Assembly: GCA_043228905.1 (NCBI GenBank)
Contig: JBHGNT010000016.1
Span: forward strand, 2,294,001 to 2,358,000
DNA length: 64,000 bases
Direction: 5' to 3'
DNA from: Azolla caroliniana
Taxonomy: Eukaryota > Plantae > Polypodiophyta
Shown: positions 49,701 to 61,524 of the stretch, in pieces
How the letters are laid out: each line of letters starts with the position of its first letter
Position numbering within the stretch: the first letter of the stretch is position 1
Notes under the pieces: model-generated
Seen by the model: only the letters and a program-made list of their open reading frames with translations
Database searches by the model: none
Told to the model about the DNA's origin: nothing
Made by a program: the position numbers and the translations under genes

Positions 49701-52700
49701 ATGGCTTCAATCGGAATCCGTTGACCCATTTGCCTAGCACTTCGCCGGCAAGTGTCCCTAACTGGTAGGACCCATTATACTCACGTGTCAGCCAATACGG
49801 GCCGGTCCATCTAAACCGTAGTTTTCCCGGCATCTTGCCCATCTGGGTCTGAAATACTAGCACCGGCTTGCCGATTGCGAACATTTTTTCATTTCCTTTC
49901 CTGTGCCAGTCGACAAATGCTTTCCGTCGCCGTTGTTCCAATTCTAAGTGCAGGATGCTTGCCAGTCGTTGTTCCTCGAGTTCACACTACGCTGTTAACC
50001 GTATTGCCTCCGACTCCTCGTTCAGCCGTTCCCGTAGCTGGATCCGTAAGCTTGGTACTTGGAATTCCACCGACATGACCGCCTCTAGTCCGAACGCTAA
50101 CCAGAATGGTGTTGTCCGGTATGCCCAAAGCGCGCTATGTAGCTTGGTATCCCAATCCGTTCGGTTTTCGTTGACGATCTTCCGGAGGATATTCTGGAGC
50201 GTTTTGTTCGTCGATTCAGCTAACCCGTTGTCGAGGGTTTCCTCGCGGATGCATGGAATGAGGTGGGACCACGGGGGTCCTGTACCGAAGAGCAAGAGAG
50301 AAAGGAGAAGAGACCCACTACGTGCGAGAGTAGATTCACAGGGACACGGCCCTTCGACACAAAGACGCGAGTGGGACAGCGATACAGAGAGACACGAACG
50401 TATGTATGTATTAACAAAGACAAACAACACAACACGGAGTCGGTTACAACCGAACAGGCCGGCGAACAGATGCCGATACTTGTTCGTAAACGCACAGAAA
50501 GGAAGGAGTAGGTTGGAGGTGCTGCCGGAAGCACTCGGGCATTCCTCAGAGCAGCGCGAGCCTCCCGAAACCTGCACAGAAGGAAGCTATGGCATTTGCG
50601 AACCAGAGGGAGAGAGAGAGAGAGAAGCCTTCGCCCACGAATCGACAACACTTCGTCCTCGACTCTCCGCGATCCTTTTCCCCTCCTCGTCTCCCTCCTT
50701 TTATAGGCAAGGAAGGAGCCGTTTCCTATTAACTTCTTACCTACCGAGGATCTCCTATGTACAACATAAGGCACACGTGTTTGAAGAGCCAGTTCCTACG
50801 CTCCGGTGGAACGATTCCGCTTGTGGACGGTTTTCTTCACGACATCCGCCCCCACCTAACCGCGCATCCACCGGCATGCGCCAAATTGAGTTGGGACGGA
50901 GAAAACCGATCCGAAACCCGCCCGTCGGTTCTTCTTCGGTTTCGGATCGTTCGTCGTCCCGGTCCACGTTATCCGGATCCGGCTCGTCGTCGTGACGCTT
51001 CTTGAACGCTTTGATCCGCTTCCCAACTACCGGTATCGCCATTCTTGTGCCGTCGAGTTCCGCCAGATGGTACGTCCCGTTGTCGTTGGCGCTTTGTACC
51101 ACGTAAGGCCCGAACCACCTTCTTGCGAACTTCCGTGTCGCTCGGTGCTGGTTGTCGAGGCTGCTGTCGTAGACTAGCACCCAGTCGCCTTCCTCGATCT
51201 TCTTCGGTCGGAGCCGGTGCGTCCGGTCGAACCGGGCTTTGTTCCTTGTCCTTGCCACCCGAAGCTTTTCCGCAGCCTGCTCCACGTCCTCCGGTCTTCG
51301 CTCGAGCTGCCATATGTGCGCCGTCAACAATTCCTCCCGGCTCATCTCGTCTCTCCAGTCCACGGTTGCCCAGGAGGAGATCATACGTTCCATCGGCATG
51401 ATCGGCTTCTGCCTAAACATGAGCTCTGCCGGCATGAGTCCGGTTACCGAACTGTGCGTAGTTCGGTCCTCCCACAACGCATAAGGCAACAGCCGCGGCC
51501 AGTTCCCGACTTGACCTCCGCATGCCCGAACTAACGCCTTGACGATCGGTCCGTGTCCGCGCTCCACCTTCCCATTCGCCTCCGGATTGTATGCAGTGGT
51601 GAGCGAAGGCTTGACTCCTAGCCGGTCGAACAACTCCTCGGCCTCTTCGGCGTCCAACTCCCCGCGATCAGCCACGATCTTCCCGACGCACCCGTACCGG
51701 CATATCACGTCCTCAATCAGGAACCGACATACGGCCGCGGTCATTTTGTTCTGAAGGGCTCGGCCTTCCACCTGTTTCGTCAGATCTTCCCGAGCCAGGA
51801 GCAGATACCGCATATGTCCTACTCCCATCGGCATCGTCACCAGATCTACCATCCATTTGAAGTGGATGGTCGGAGGGTACGTAGGGTGAAGCTCGTCCCG
51901 ATGCCGAACTATGGAGTGCATCTGACAGCTCTCGCAAGTTGTCACGAACCGATGCACGTCCCGGTACAGTCCCGGCCACCAGTACTTCCCCTTTATCTTC
52001 TCGAACGTGGCCCACGTTCCACGGTGACCAGCCCAAGGGCTGTCGTGGTAAGCCGTCAGCAGCTCCCCCTTGGCTTCCTTCATCGCCACCACCCGGAGCG
52101 GGACGCCGTTCCTCTTCTTCGGGTGCTTCCATAAGTATCCGTCCATGAGAAAGAATCGGTAAGCTTTCTTCCAGATCCGGTTGGCCTCGTCCTTCGTCCA
52201 TGACGCATCCGACGTCATTGTCCTAAAAAATCCACCGATCTGGAGCCACTCGCTGTCGTACTTGCTCTCGTCGAAGTCGTTAAGTGCCGGAGTGCTCGTC
52301 CCATCGGTCGTCACGTATGCCGCCTCGAAGAAGTCCACGCCGATTTCTTCGTCCTCCGAAACCATGCTGCCCTCGTCATCAAACCTCGCCCTCGAAAGCA
52401 TGTCGGCCATGGCGTTGTCTTTTCCGGAAATGTGTCGTATTTCCGGGTCCAGGGACTTGATGTACGCTATCCACCTGAGCATCGCCAGGTCCGGTGTCGC
52501 GCATCTGGAAACCATGCCGAGAATTGGCAGGCAATCCGTCTCGACAATCACTTCCGTCCCGATCAGGTAGTCTTTGTCGGCCTTTACTACCGAAACGATA
52601 CCCTAGAGTTCGCGTTTAACCTGGGCGTACCCTCGCTGTCGTTCACTGAGGACCTTCGCGCCGAATCGGATCGGGAACCGAATGCCGTCCCCGTCTTCTT

Positions 52701-53741
52701 GGTTGACGACCCATCCGATCCCGGTCGGACTCGTATCCACCGTTATGTATACCAGGGTACCCTTCTTGTAAACAGCCTTCCGGAGCGCCAGTGCTGCCGC
52801 AAGAGCTTCCTTCAGCTTCCGAACCGACTCCGTGTGCTCGTCTCGCCACTCGAATTTTCGCCCTTTCTTCAGCAACCCGTATAGCGGCTCCGCAACGTGG
52901 GCGTAATGCGGGATCCATATGTGGTAGAACGCGCATGCCCCCAGGAACCTCCGAACTTCCGTAACCGAGCTACAGTCGGTTTTCATCGCGGAAATGGCTT
53001 CTACCTTTGCCAGAGACGGCTTCCGGCCATATGGTCCACATAGGTGTCCGACCTCCAGGATTTCCGATTGCCCGAAGGCCAATTTCTCCCCGGAAAAGGT
53101 GATCCTCGCATCCTCTAGCCTTTGTAGCACTTTCTCGCAGTCGTCGATGTGTGTTGCAACGAATCGCCGGCATCCGTCCGGTCTGAGTGTTGCGTCCCTC
53201 TCTTCTACCGGGCACCCCTTGATCGGAATGTCGTCCAGAAATGGCATGGTGATGTCTGGGATGCAATCCCTCAGTACCTTGTTCATTGCATTCACCATGT
53301 GGGCCACCGAGTTGGTCCCTCCTTGTGGCAGGGTACACATTCGCACTAGGCCGAGGGGAGTTCGCATCGTCGTAATGTCTCTGCTCTCCACGGCTAGCTG
53401 GAACTGGTCGTACCCCGAGTACAGATCACCGACCGAGTAACTCGACCTTCCGGCGAAAGCCTCCGCGAACTCGTCTATGGTCGGTCCGATCCCAACGTTC
53501 CGAATGGTCACTCTGTTGACCGGCTGCAGGTCTTGAATGAAGCGCAATGTTCCGTTTTTCTTTGGTACGGTAAACCATCGGTTCGAGTATGACGCGCTTG
53601 ACGGTTCGAGAATACCCATATCGACTTTCTGCCTCAATAGCTCCATCAACTCCGGGATGTGAGCTCTTGGTACCGGAATCGGCTTGAGATTCCACGGCAC
53701 ATGCGGTACCGTGAATATCACCATCGGCTCCACGATTGTCG

Positions 53742-56700
53742 TGTTGAGAAATCGACGCTCCGATTAACCTTCACCACTCGGCTACAACCGAGTAAGCACG
53801 AATCAATGCAGCAGAAAATAGGAACCACAGAGAAAGAACAATGAATACACAGGGATTAACGTGGAAAACCCTAGACGGGAAAAACCACGGGAGTACAAGA
53901 CTCCAAACCAAAAACTATGCACAGAGAAATATACAATGGCGAGCTGCAAGGCGACGACCTTGAGCTCGCTGTCCTCGCCACAGGCGGCGGAAATACACAG
54001 AGGCGTCGACCTCTTCCTCTCTCACACTCTATCTCTCTCACGGCTGCTCTCTCTTCACTCCTCTTGAGTGGAAAAACAGAAAAATAAGAAGCAACATTAA
54101 AACTGTTTGCCCTAAGTCATATTTATACACATATGACTTTGGGGCTATTTACAACTATAGCCTCAAGGGCCCTTAGCAAACATATTCACGGATATGTCCC
54201 CGCATCCGGATCTCCCTCCGGGTACATTCGTCATCCGGCTCCGAAGCCAGGGTCTCCATCATCCGGTTCCGAAACCGAAACCTGGCTCGTCGGCATTCAT
54301 CTCCGACATCCGACCATCCCATCCGAAGGATCGTAATCCCAACAAACTCCCCCTTCACTTCGGCATGGGATGTCTTTCCAATCCGATCCTCTTCCGGCAT
54401 GCTTCCAGCTTGTCGGGTGTGAGCACCTTGGTCAGCATATCCGACCCGTTCTCGTCCGTGTGGACCTTCGTCAGCACGAACTCCTTGTCTTCTATCCTTT
54501 CCCGGATCCAGTGATATCTTCGCTGGATGTGCTTCGTCCGGGAGTGATAGGCCGCGTTCTTCGCAAGGTGGATGGCACTCTAACTGTCGCAGTAGAGTCG
54601 GTACTCCTCTTGCTGGATACCGAGCTCTCTAATGAAGTCCTTCATCCATATTATTTCCTTGCCGGCTACAACAGCCGCCATGTACTCCGCCTCCGTGGTT
54701 GACAACGCAACCGTCTTCTGCAGTCTCGACTGCCACGAAACAGCTCCCCCTGCATATGTCATCACATACCCTGATGTGGACCGGCTGGTATCTGCATCAG
54801 CCGACATATCCGAATCGGTAAAGCCGTCGAGTTCGGGCTTTCCGGAGCCGAATCGGAGGCACACGTTTGCCGTGCCCTTCAGGTATCGGAGTATCCACTT
54901 GACCGCGTTCCAGTGCTCTTTGCCGGGATTGCTCATGTACCGGCTCACCACTCCGACTGCGTATCCTATGTCCGGTCTTGTACACACCATTGCGTACATC
55001 AAGCTTCCGACGGCAGAGGCATATGGTACTTTCATCATGTCCTCCTTCTCAGCCTTCGTCTTGGGGCTCTGCTTGCTGGACAGCTTGCAGTTTGCCGGGA
55101 GTGTTGACCCGACCGGCCTTGCTTCCGACATGTTGAACCGTTTAAGCACCTTTGTCACGTACTTCTCCTGTGACAGCCACAACTGCTTCTTGCTCCGGTC
55201 CCGGATGATATGCATCCCTAGTATTTGTCTCGCCGGACCCAAGTCCTTCATTGAGAAGGTTCGGTGAAGAGCCTTCTTCAGCATCCGTATCTTGACCTGG
55301 TCCCGTCCGACGATCAACATGTCGTCCACGTACAGGAGGAGTATTAAAGAGTCTCCTCCTTCGAACTTCTTCACAAACACGCAGTGGTCGGACTGCGTTT
55401 TGAGGTACCCTTCGTCGGTCATGAAGGAGTCGAACTTCCGGTACCATTGCCGGGGAGCCTGCTTTAGACCGTAAAGGCTCTTCTTCAACCAGCATACCAG
55501 GTGCTCCTTCCCTTTCTTCTCGAATCCTTCCGGTTGCTGCATGTAGATCTCTTCTTCGAGGTCACCGTGAAGGAATGCCGTCTTCACGTCCATCTGTTCT
55601 ACCTCGAGGTCCATGCTTGCCGCTATGCTCAGCACCGTCCGGATGGAGGTCATCTTCACTACCGGGGCAAATATCTCGTCGAAATCGACGCCCTTCTTCT
55701 GCTGAAACCCCTTCAACACGATCCTGGCTTTGTATCTCGGGGGGTTTCCGGCATCTCCCAGTTTCAGCTTCGGTAACCGGTTCTTCCGATTCTTCTTCTT
55801 CATCCGAATCCATTTCGGGATCGGGGCCGGTTCCGGTATCGTTTTCATCTTCTTCGGCCGGTTCTGTTTCTTCACCGTCTTCGGCCGGATCCTCGAGTGC
55901 TAACCGGTCCCTTGCCGGTCGGGACTGCTCCTCGTAGAGTTGATCCTCACCGGTCGACTTAGAGCTCTTCATCTTCTTCTCCGACTCCCAGTCGGCGAGT
56001 GTCTTGTTCTCCATGAAGATGATATCACGACTCCGGATATCTTCTTGTCGACCGGGTCCCATACTCGGTAGCCAAACTCGTCGTCGCCGTAACCGAGGAA
56101 TATGCATGGCCGGGTCTTTGGATCTAGCTTTCCTCTCCGGTCCTTTGCCACATGCACGTATGCGAGACACCCGAACACCTTCAGATGCCGGTAGGACACT
56201 TCCTTACCGGTCCACACTCTCTGTGGCGTGTCTCCATCCAGGGGTACTGAGGGTGATCTATTTATCACATATGTTGCCGTCGACATTGCCTCAGCCCAAA
56301 ATCCCTTGGGTAATTTCGCATGCGCCAGCATACTCCGGACCCTCTCCATTATGGTCCGGTTCATCCTCTCGGCCAGCCCGTTCAGTTCCGGCGTCTTCGG
56401 CACATTAAACTCGAGCCAGATTCCCTTCGAGCGACAGTACTCCGCGAACTGCCCCCGGTATTCCCCTCCGTTATCCGCTCGTATCGCTTTCAGCTTCTTG
56501 CCGGATTCTCTTTCCACTCTCGCGTGGAGTTCTTTGAAGACGGACAACACTTGGTCCTTTGTCTTCAACGGTGCCGACCACAGCTTCCGGCTGTGATCAT
56601 CAATGAATGTCACGAAGTACTGGGCTCCGCCATGTGACTTCGTTTCTACCTGACACACATCAGTGTGTACCAACTCCAATGGTACACTACGTCTCGTCGG

Positions 56701-58819
56701 TGGCCTTGAGTGGAAGGAGGTTCGGTTCTGCTTACCGGCCAGGCAATCGGTGCACTTCTCCAGGTGCACATGTTTCACTGGAATAAGGTTGTCTTCTGCA
56801 AGCCTCTTCATCCCCTTCTCACTCATGTGGCACAGTCTTTTGTGCCACAGCTCACCGGCAGTGTCGGCTGCCACATTCAGCTCTTCCGGACATAACCGGG
56901 CATTGATCAAGTACAGTGTGTTGACTTTCCGGGCCCGAGCTACTATCATGCTCCCCTTGCTGAACTTCATTACGCCGTTCCGGATGCTACCTGTGTAGCC
57001 TTCATCGTCTAGCCTCCCGGCCGAAATCAGGTTCAATCGAACCTCTGGAACATGTCGGACATCCTTCAGTAGCATTTTGCATCCGGTCGGGGTTGTCAAC
57101 CACACGTCTCCTATGCCGGCAATCCGGCACGTACCTTCATTTCCCATCCGAACACAGCCAAGCTCACCGGCTGTGTAGGATGAGAAGTATCTTCTTTCCG
57201 GGGTCAGGTGGAACGACGCTCCGGAATCGACCACCCAGGTAGTCTCATCGCCGGCAATGTTTAGTTCACCTTCTTCGGTGATGAGCATGATCTCCTCTTC
57301 ACTTGCCGCGAGTGCCGTCGTTCCTTTCCGGTCCTGCCCTCGCCGATCCGAACCATTCCGGTCCGTGGCTCCCCGGTAAGCACCGTTCCGTTCCGAAGAC
57401 TTCTTCGAATCGGTGTTGTCGGCTCCGTTGTCTTTTCGGTAATGCCGACAATTCTTCCGGAAGTGCCCCGGCTTCCCACAGTGGAAGCATGTGGGTCTTC
57501 CTCTTGACTGCGACCGGGTCCCCGACTTCTCCCGTCTTTGCGGACTTTGGTTCCATTGTCTTCCCCGTTCCGATTCGGTAAGCAGCGCCTTCGAGTCGGA
57601 GGCCGGTTCTTTATCTCTCCGACGCGCTTCTTCGTTCAAAATACTTGTCTTTACTGTTTGTAGGGACAAGTTATCTTCCGTGCAGGAGGTGCTAAGAGTC
57701 ACCACCAAGTTCTCCCAACTTTCCGGCAGTGTGCACATCAGAATGATGGCTTGCATTGCATCCTCCAGCGGGAACTTGATCGCCGCAAGCTGGTTCACGA
57801 ATCCCATGAACGTGCTTACGTGTTCCACCATACTCTCGCCGTCCCGATACTTGAGGTTCACTATCTTCCTCATCAGGGAGGTCCGGTTCAACGCATTCTT
57901 CCTCTCATAGAGGCCCGACAGCTTCCGCCACATCTCATATGCGTTGGTGTCGTTCGCCACATGTTGTAGAACGCTCACGTCTACGTATTGCCGAATGGTT
58001 GCAACAGCTTTCCGGTTCAGAAGCCTCCATTCCGACTCAAGTACCCCCTTCGGTATTTCCGACCTGTCAATCGGTTCGTACAGGTCCCGAACAATCAGAA
58101 GATCCTCCATCTTGATCTTCCAGTCGGCGTAATTCTGCGCATTCAGCACCATCATCCCCGGCTACCCGCTGCCGCCGCCTTCCATTTTCTGCAGCAACTC
58201 GCTCTGATACCAGTTTGTTGAGAAATCGACGCTCCGATTAACCTTCACCACTCGGCCACAACCGAGTAAGCACGAATCAATGCAGCAGAAAATAGGAACC
58301 ACAGAGAAAGAACAATGAATACACAGGGATTAACGTGGAAAACCCTAGACGGGAAAAACCACGGGAGTACAAGACTCCAAACCAAAAACTATGCACAGAG
58401 AAATATACAATGGCGAGCTGCAAGGCGACGACCTTGAGCTCGCTGTCCTCGCCACAGGCGGCGGAAATACACAGAGGCGTCGACCTCTTCCTCTCTCACG
58501 CTCTATCTCTCTCACGACTGCTCTCTCTTCACTCCTCTTGAGTGGAAAAACAGAGAAATAAGAAGCAACATTAAAACTGTTTGCCCTAAGTCATATTTAT
58601 ACACATATGACTTTGGGGCTATTTACAACTATAGCCTCAAGGGCCCTTAGCAAACATATTCACGGATATGTCCCCGCATCTGGATCTCCCTCCGGGTACA
58701 TTCGTCATCCGGCTCCGAAGCCGGGGTCTCCATCATCCGGTTCCGAAACCGAAACCTGGCTCGTCGGCATTCATCTCCGACATCCGACCATCCCATCCGA
58801 AGGGACCGTAATCCCAACA
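53742..58819 (-). mobile_element. Full-length Tnt1/Tork-like Ty1/copia retrotransposon (defective)
   Basis: LTRs 53742-54344 and 58216-58819 (about 7 substitutions and 1 indel by eye); TSD TGTCG; PBS TGGTATCAGAGC (tRNA-iMet) 58201-58212; PPT TGAAGGGGGAG. Confidence 0.97.
54345..58155 (-). pseudogene. Copia gag-pro-int-RT-RH polyprotein with a frameshift (~56040), an internal deletion at the RT start (~55775) and a premature stop (54580)
   Basis: CFHCGKPGHFRKNC, WVVDSGAS, LWHKRLCH, ADNGGEY, YKARIV, MDVKTAFLHG, LYVDDM, ALSTTEAEY. Confidence 0.93.
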
Positions 58820-59457
58820 TGTCGGGTCTACGCACCCGATCTCTTCCGGCAAAAATGCGAAGGCTTTCCCGTGCCTTCCGAGGATTCTCCGAAACCGGTT
58901 TTCCTCCGCCGGCAGTAGGAACCCGCCCCCACCGATCTTGAGCTCCCGGAGCGTCCCGTCGGTGAAGGTGTGTCCTATGCAGGCCGGATCTCGTAAACTG
59001 GGGTCCGACGCAACCCCTCTGATTCGGGACTCGCTGCCCTCCGGCAAGGGTGCCGCGACTGGCCTTACCTTCCGATCCACAGTCTTGTACTTCGTGCTAA
59101 CTCGGGCCGTCCGATCTGACCCGAGCCCCCGACTGAAATTCGCGATGACTTCGTACATCTCTTCGGAACATACCGGTATCGTCTGGTCTTCGTTAAGGTC
59201 TTCTCCGGCTACCTTCCTCAGCATTCCCAAGGTGTCGTCGAAGGAGACCGCCTCCACGGCCCCGCTGATTTCCTCGTCCGGGCCGAGAACTTCGCACGCT
59301 CGAAGTCGCACTTCTGGCCTTGTCCTTTCTCGGCCGACGATGCCGACTACCATACACCCTCCGTTGTTGGAGAAGCAAAATTTCCCACCTATCGTACAGT
59401 CGTGGGGTCTTTTCCGAGTGTCCGGGCTGTCTCGGCCCCACGCCTTGGCAGCCCTCT

Positions 59458-60174
59458 CTAAAAATCCTCCCGGTTCTCGCCACCGAGGGATTCACGGTTT
59501 CTCTCGTGGTTCGGCCGCACCGTCAGAAATTGGACCGAATCGCGCCCGTCCTGGCTTTTAACTCTCGCGTAGGCCGAACCGTTGTCTAGCACCTTGGTCT
59601 CCATCCGCGCCGCCGTGATGTATGGTTCACCTAATATGACCGGGTGCGAGGATGTCTCCTGTACGAAGAAATGCTGGTCAATCTCGACGTCGCCGATCTT
59701 GACTCGCACGTTCGGGCAGGCCCCATGCAGTTCCTCGGTGGCGCGCGTCGCCGCCCGTATCTTCCACCCGTGCTTGGTGTTGATCGGCCACTTCCCCTTC
59801 TTATAGAAGTCCACGGACATCAGGTTTATTTCCGAACCGTGGTCCACCAATGCCACCACCGGTTCCTGAACATCTCTGATCTTTACCGGGGTCTCCGTGG
59901 TTGCTCGGGCCCAGTGTGGCCTCGAATAGTGGCTCTCCGCCCACTCATCTGCCAGCGCCGAGTCCTCGATGTGCGTCGTCCGCACCTCTACCGGTCTTTC
60001 CGGTTCCGTCTCCGTCGACAGCCTCTTCCGTTTCACCAAGTCTACAATGGAGTCGTGGAACTCCTTCTTGGCGATCCCTAGCACCTCCCACAATGACAAC
60101 TCCACTTTGCTGTCGAGGATCCGTTCTTCTAGGACCTTTCGTAGGTCCGTAGTCCTTTCTATTTCCGTCCCCAA
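59458..60174 (-). CDS. Aspartic protease region of element C
   Basis: ALVDHGSEINLM..VILGEPY; ends EDF* at a GGATTTT slippery site. Confidence 0.85.
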   Translation of the reverse strand: MGTEIERTTDLRKVLEERILDSKVELSLWEVLGIAKKEFHDSIVDLVKRKRLSTETEPERPVEVRTTHIEDSALADEWAESHYSRPHWARATTETPVKIRDVQEPVVALVDHGSEINLMSVDFYKKGKWPINTKHGWKIRAATRATEELHGACPNVRVKIGDVEIDQHFFVQETSSHPVILGEPYITAARMETKVLDNGSAYARVKSQDGRDSVQFLTVRPNHERNRESLGGENREDF

Positions 60175-61524
60175 TCGGTATCCGCCCTTCCTGGGTTATC
60201 TTGCGAACTGGACCCACCGGCATCGTTCCGTCGTTGCCCGAATCGGGTCTCGTACTGTTGTGGGGGCCCGGTCGCTCCGGCTTTCCCCACCCGTTTGTCT
60301 TTAACCAGAGCCTCGTAGTTTCGGCAGGAGGCTTCTACAAAGCCCGTCTTCTCCTCGACCAGATCGCTCCACCCGGTTATTTCCCGGACCCGTCTCTCAG
60401 CGTGGTCCGTTTCATCTTTCCTTAGCCGTGCGCCGGCAAGACCTTCAAGCATTGCCGACCAGAATCCGTCTTTGCCCTCCTTTCGGGCCTCGCTGCCCCC
60501 GACCCGAATGCCGGCCGACGCCGAGTAGTGGATGGCCTCCACGTGTCGGGCCGCTGCCTCTTCCATCAGTCTCTTCATTCCTCCTCGCCCGTCGTTTCGG
60601 TTCAGGGCCCTCCTGGTATCGCCGGCGTGCACCCGGCCTTCCCACAGGTACACCACCCGGTTCCTCAACGCTTCTGCGAAATCGCCGCAGTCCTTCCGGA
60701 TGTGGCCAACCTCGTCGCACCACATGCACCTGTTCCCTACTGCCGGCCGTCGGTCACGAGCCGGTTCGCCGCCTTTCCTTCGAGTCTGGGCGATCTGGAG
60801 ATCCTTTATCGTCCGCGTCAACTCCTCCAGCGCTGCTCCTCCGGACGAGCCATTGACCATGCCGGTCGAAGCCGGACCGGTTTCGAGCCATTCCCGAGTC
60901 TCTTCCCTTCGCACTTGCGGTGCCGGTTCAAGCCTCCTTGCTGTGACAGAGCCCGCACCGGCCGCTCCGTTGTCAGCCCATTCTCTCCGTTTATCGAAAC
61001 GGCCACAGACTCTCTTAACCGCAGCCCAGTCGGTTGTCAGCCCGTCCTCGGTTTCCAGCAAGGAGCCGACTTGGTCCCGGTCCCGCTCGTCCACCGACTT
61101 GACGAATAGTAGGACCCGGCTCGTATCCAGAACGGTTCGGTCAAGCGCCGAAAGGCGCGCAAAGCGTTCTTCGAACTCCCGGAGGAGTGCCGTCGCGTTT
61201 CTTCCCTTGCCGGGAAACTCCACCCATTCCATGAAGTCCCGTTTCGAAAGCCGGAGCGCGTCGTCCAGCCCGTATTTTTCTAGGAGTCGACCTTCGAACT
61301 CCTCCCAGGTACGGCTCTCCGTCCGCACCTCGAGCACCTCCACATGGATGCTCAACATCGCCACTCGAGGAAACCCGGCAAGACGCCTCTCTTCCGGAAT
61401 GTCCCGCATCAGCATTTCTGCCCCGTAGGACGCCAAATACTTCGTGGCATCCTTTCCGCTGAACCGGCCAATCGTACCGACGACCGCCTCAATGGCTCTG
61501 TCGAGGGCGCCGGTGCCCTCCCGT
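60159..61524 (-). pseudogene. gag: Gag of element C (5' end cut by insertion)
   Basis: Near-identical to the + strand gag at 62870-64000; CCHC knuckle. Confidence 0.88.

Larger units (their letters stand above)
40105..50228 (-). mobile_element. Non-chromoviral (Athila/Tat-like) gypsy, 3' part: integrase tail, extra ORF and 3' LTR (40105-40542); 5' part displaced by nested insertions
   Basis: Integrase NGLAESTNKTL..DWDTKLHSALWAYRT, KLRFRWTGPY, VNGFRLKPY (50228-49606); LTR with TGTTA..TAACA termini. Confidence 0.8.
50845..59467 (-). pseudogene. pol: RT-RNase H-integrase of element C, split by the copia, with a premature stop at ~52603
   Basis: ORFs 58733-59353, 52603-53733 and 50755-52551: FTVPKKNGTLRFIQDL, PFLDD, VDTSP, HDSPWAGH..CESC, NGKVERGH, WFGPY. 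Confidence 0.9.
50229..61524 (-). mobile_element. tRNA-Trp-family gypsy (element C): 3' LTR 50229-50844, pol and gag; interrupted by the copia (53742) and by a same-family element (61525)
   Basis: LTR termini TGTCG..CGACA; PPT TTAGGTGGGGGCGGA (50845-50859); Gag with CMWCDEVGHIRKDC; protease LVDHGS; RT PFLDD; integrase. Confidence 0.93.

Noticed and set aside
49868-50995. 375-aa plus-strand ORF spanning integrase and LTR
   Set aside because: Crosses an insertion junction in GC-rich DNA; chance ORF, as are most overlapping ORFs at 47-64 kb.
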